From Tubulanus polymorphus (taxonomy: Eukaryota > Animalia > Nemertea), in NCBI RefSeq assembly GCF_964204645.1, contig NC_134028.1:13439263-13503262 (forward strand): DNA of 64,000 nt, written 5' to 3'. Positions 61,099 to 64,000 of this stretch are shown in pieces. Both the position numbers and the translations under genes were made by a program. The notes under the pieces were generated by a model, which did not search any database, was not told the origin of the DNA, and was given only the letters and a program-made list of their open reading frames with translations. Position 1 is the first letter of the stretch; every line of letters begins with the position of its first letter.

Positions 61099-62191
61099 CA
61101 TCGTTTTCTCGCGTTATTTTAGTTTTATCGTTTCGTCGTAATGTCGCCCTCATTTGCATATTCGTGTTTTTTTATCTTATCAGCCACCATACTAAAGCCT
61201 TAAGGTCGCGTAAAACTCGATAAACACTTCAAGCGACACAGCGAACGATCTCCTTTTCCCTGCAGCGAACGCTTACTCCGAATGTCAAGTGTGAGTCCAG
61301 CATACGGATAGGAGTGTGTTATATACTTGTATTTAGTAAATACCTTGTGCATTTGACAATGATCGGTATGTACTGTAGGAAATATAGAGTATTGATAAAT
61401 GGTTGAAGCCCGCGGCCGAATAAAGTAATATATTCTTTTATTTTGATACCTCGTCGACATGACAGCTTTTCTCCGCCATATCTCTTCGGCCTGTTTAGTT
61501 TAGGCCTACGATTCCCCGGTACACTAAAGATTTATCTTAGTAAATACACGGTTAATTCGGTAAAGAAAAATAGGTATTGTTAAACTAACTCCTTGAAACC
61601 CGCAGCCAAATCACTGGTAGTAATAAATTAATTTGTACTCGATTTGATTCTCATGATGAGGAGAAACTCGCAGCTGATCCCCGGAACGACGATGTAGTAA
61701 CACACGTCGATTCGTCGATGTTTACGGCTCGACAGTGCTTTTAAAATCTAAAGTAGTAAATTTCCAGTGTATCGGTAATATGATTTGATGAGGAAAATGG
61801 GCTATTGTTAAAATCACTGCTTGAAGACCGCGACTGAATGTGAAGTCTGCGGCAATAAATTAGTTCATTTATACTTGAATTGATAATCGAAGTGACAGTT
61901 GGCCTGCGGGTTGATTTCGGGATGACGACTCGAAAAACATGTCGCCCCATTGAATGGGGCTAAATTTTCGATGTTTACAGCCCGACAGCGCTTTTGTAAC
62001 GATGATTCGTGAAAAAACACGCGGGCTATTTGTAGATCTCAGTGAGCTGAACGATATTATATGGATTGTATATGAAACAGCGGTAAGGTAACAAAGCCTA
62101 TGTTCTTTTGTTAAAAAAAGTGTGGAAGAAAATAATAATAATAATAATCACGCGGATATCAATAGGGTTTTCTGTGAAATAACAGAAAACC

Positions 62192-64000
62192 CTAATTATT
62201 TGGTAAATGATTATTAACGAGTTTATACATAAAGATAGCTATCTGTAATTTGTTCATATCAATTAAATTAAATATTTTACCTTTTTTAAGTAAAGGGGCA
62301 GTGTGAGCAAGATACGGAGCATTAAAAATAAGACGAACTGTCCGCTTAAGCAAAGTACTTAGATGATGTAGCCGTATAGAATAGTTGGCACCCCATACAA
62401 TATTAGCATATTGCATGTAAGGTAAAAGTAGAGAATTGAAAATGGTAGGGAGAATATAAGCTGGTAAGGATTTACGTACTTTATATAAGATGCCAATAGC
62501 ATGCGATACTTTGTTGGACGTCATTTTAATATGGGGAGCCCAAGTAAGATTGTCATCCTCTATAACACCAAGAAACTTGGATTCTTGACACCTTACAATG
62601 GTGACATTATCAATTTTGATACGAAAATCATGAGGAACACGGATATTGCCGAAAATTACATAATTAGTTTTACTTATATTAAGAGATAACTTGTTAGCTC
62701 TAAACCACATGACTAGGTTTTTCAATTCGGAATTAATGATGGCATTTAATCTAAGTGGCTCCTTATCACCAAAAAAGATAGTTGTGTCGTCTGCAAATAG
62801 AATAAAGTTGAGTAGATGAGATGTACGGATAATGTCATTAATGTAAAGTATGAACAGTAGCGGACCAAGAATAGAACCTTGAGGCACACCGCAATTTATT
62901 GGAAGTGTTATTGAAGAACACCTTTCACAAGAGACAAACTGATATCGATTAGATAGATAATTACTAAACCAGGCCAACGCAATCCCGCGTATACCGTATC
63001 GTAGCAGCTTATCTAAAAGTATGGAGTGGTCAATAGTGTCAAAGGCCTTTGACAAATCTATGAAAATACTCACTGTTAGATGACCGTCTTCTGTAAGTTT
63101 CGAAATGCGATCAGCGAAATCGAGTAATGCCATTTCTGTGGAACGGTTCTTACGAAAGCCATATTCGTTTGGACAAAGAATTCTATTTTTATCAATATGC
63201 GAGATAAGACGGCAATGGGTTAGGCGTTCAAGAATTTCAGAGAAACATGGCAGAACAGAAATTGGTCGGTAATTAGTAATATTATCAGTAGCTCCGGACT
63301 TAAATAAAGGCGTAACCCTGGCTATCTTAAGCGCATCTGGAACTATACCTGTAATATAAGACCTAATAAATATATGCAGTAGTGGAGACAGGATTTCATT
63401 AATTGAGCATTTAATAATTGTAGGTTTTATATCATCAGGGCCAGCTCCTTTGTTAGCATCTACAGAGTTTACAATAGCAAAAATGTCTTCTTGAATAATC
63501 GGCCTGAAAAATAAACTATCGGGACTATCGGTTGGTAGATACTGAGTTGGTAAGACATCAGCCCTGGGAATGTTTGATGCAAGCCTTCTCTCAATATCAA
63601 TAAAAAAGAAATTAAATTTATCAGCAATTTCTTGTGAGCTTAATTTTCGCCCATTGTCAGTCTTGAACTCAGGAAGTATGAGGTTTTGCTTAGCAGTACC
63701 AATGACACTTCTTAGGACATCCCATGTTTTTTTCAAATTATGTTTCACATTAAATAAGGATTCCGCATAATAACGCTTTTCAGCAACTCTAAGCAATCTG
63801 TGTAACTTATTACGGTATACCCTATATTGTTCGAAATGACAGGGTCGCTTTGTTCTTTTATATTTTCGGTAGTATTTACTCTTAGTTCTGATAGACCGAA
63901 GAAGACGTGTTAGCCAATGTTAGCCATGGCTTGCGGGTATTTCGTTTGATAGTTTTAGCACAAACCGGAAATACTTGGTCATATAATAATTTATATTTAT
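62192..64000 (-). mobile_element. Non-LTR retrotransposon (CR1/L2 group) ORF2 reverse transcriptase
   Basis: GPDDI, NYRPISVLP, FIDLSKAFDTIDH, GVPQGSILGPLLF, FADD and KFLGV in the 534-aa ORF 62192..63796. Confidence 0.93.

Noticed and set aside
54391-61159. CRISPR-like array and the many ORFs across the satellite
   Set aside because: The inter-palindrome segments are near-identical rather than unique spacers, there are no cas genes, and the context is eukaryotic. The ORFs are artefacts of a stop-poor 31-bp repeat.
1-64000. Prokaryotic or free viral origin of the window
   Set aside because: LINE, Gypsy, satellite DNA and a TSD-flanked insertion indicate a eukaryotic chromosome; the host taxon cannot be determined here.

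Overview
A eukaryotic window, probably from an invertebrate animal, with no recognisable host genes. It is a nest of mobile elements. There are four very AT-rich Polinton/Maverick (adintovirus-like) endogenous virus copies: A (<1-7515), B (~15442-29857), C (32761-46425, with a 6-bp TSD) and D (47867-~51510). They carry pPolB, RVE integrase with chromodomain, A32/FtsK packaging ATPase, major and minor capsid proteins and several membrane proteins; most genes are partly decayed. A Ty3/Gypsy LTR retrotransposon sits in D and is itself split by C and bordered by the right end of B. The rest is interspersed repeats, a 31-bp satellite (54.4-61.1 kb) and a CR1/L2-type LINE RT. The most notable signal is that these Polintons look wired for a poxvirus/NCLDV transcription machine. 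Most genes start at TAAATG or TAAAATG in two promoter classes resembling poxvirus late and intermediate promoters. Copy B encodes a poxvirus A2L/VLTF3-like late transcription factor, and its pPolB carries a Mimivirus-type LAGLIDADG intein, while copy D holds the empty allele. The A/C family ends in ~400-bp self-complementary hairpins, and a 27-bp palindromic micro-element recurs in frame in unrelated genes. All homology calls come from visual motif recognition, not database searches.
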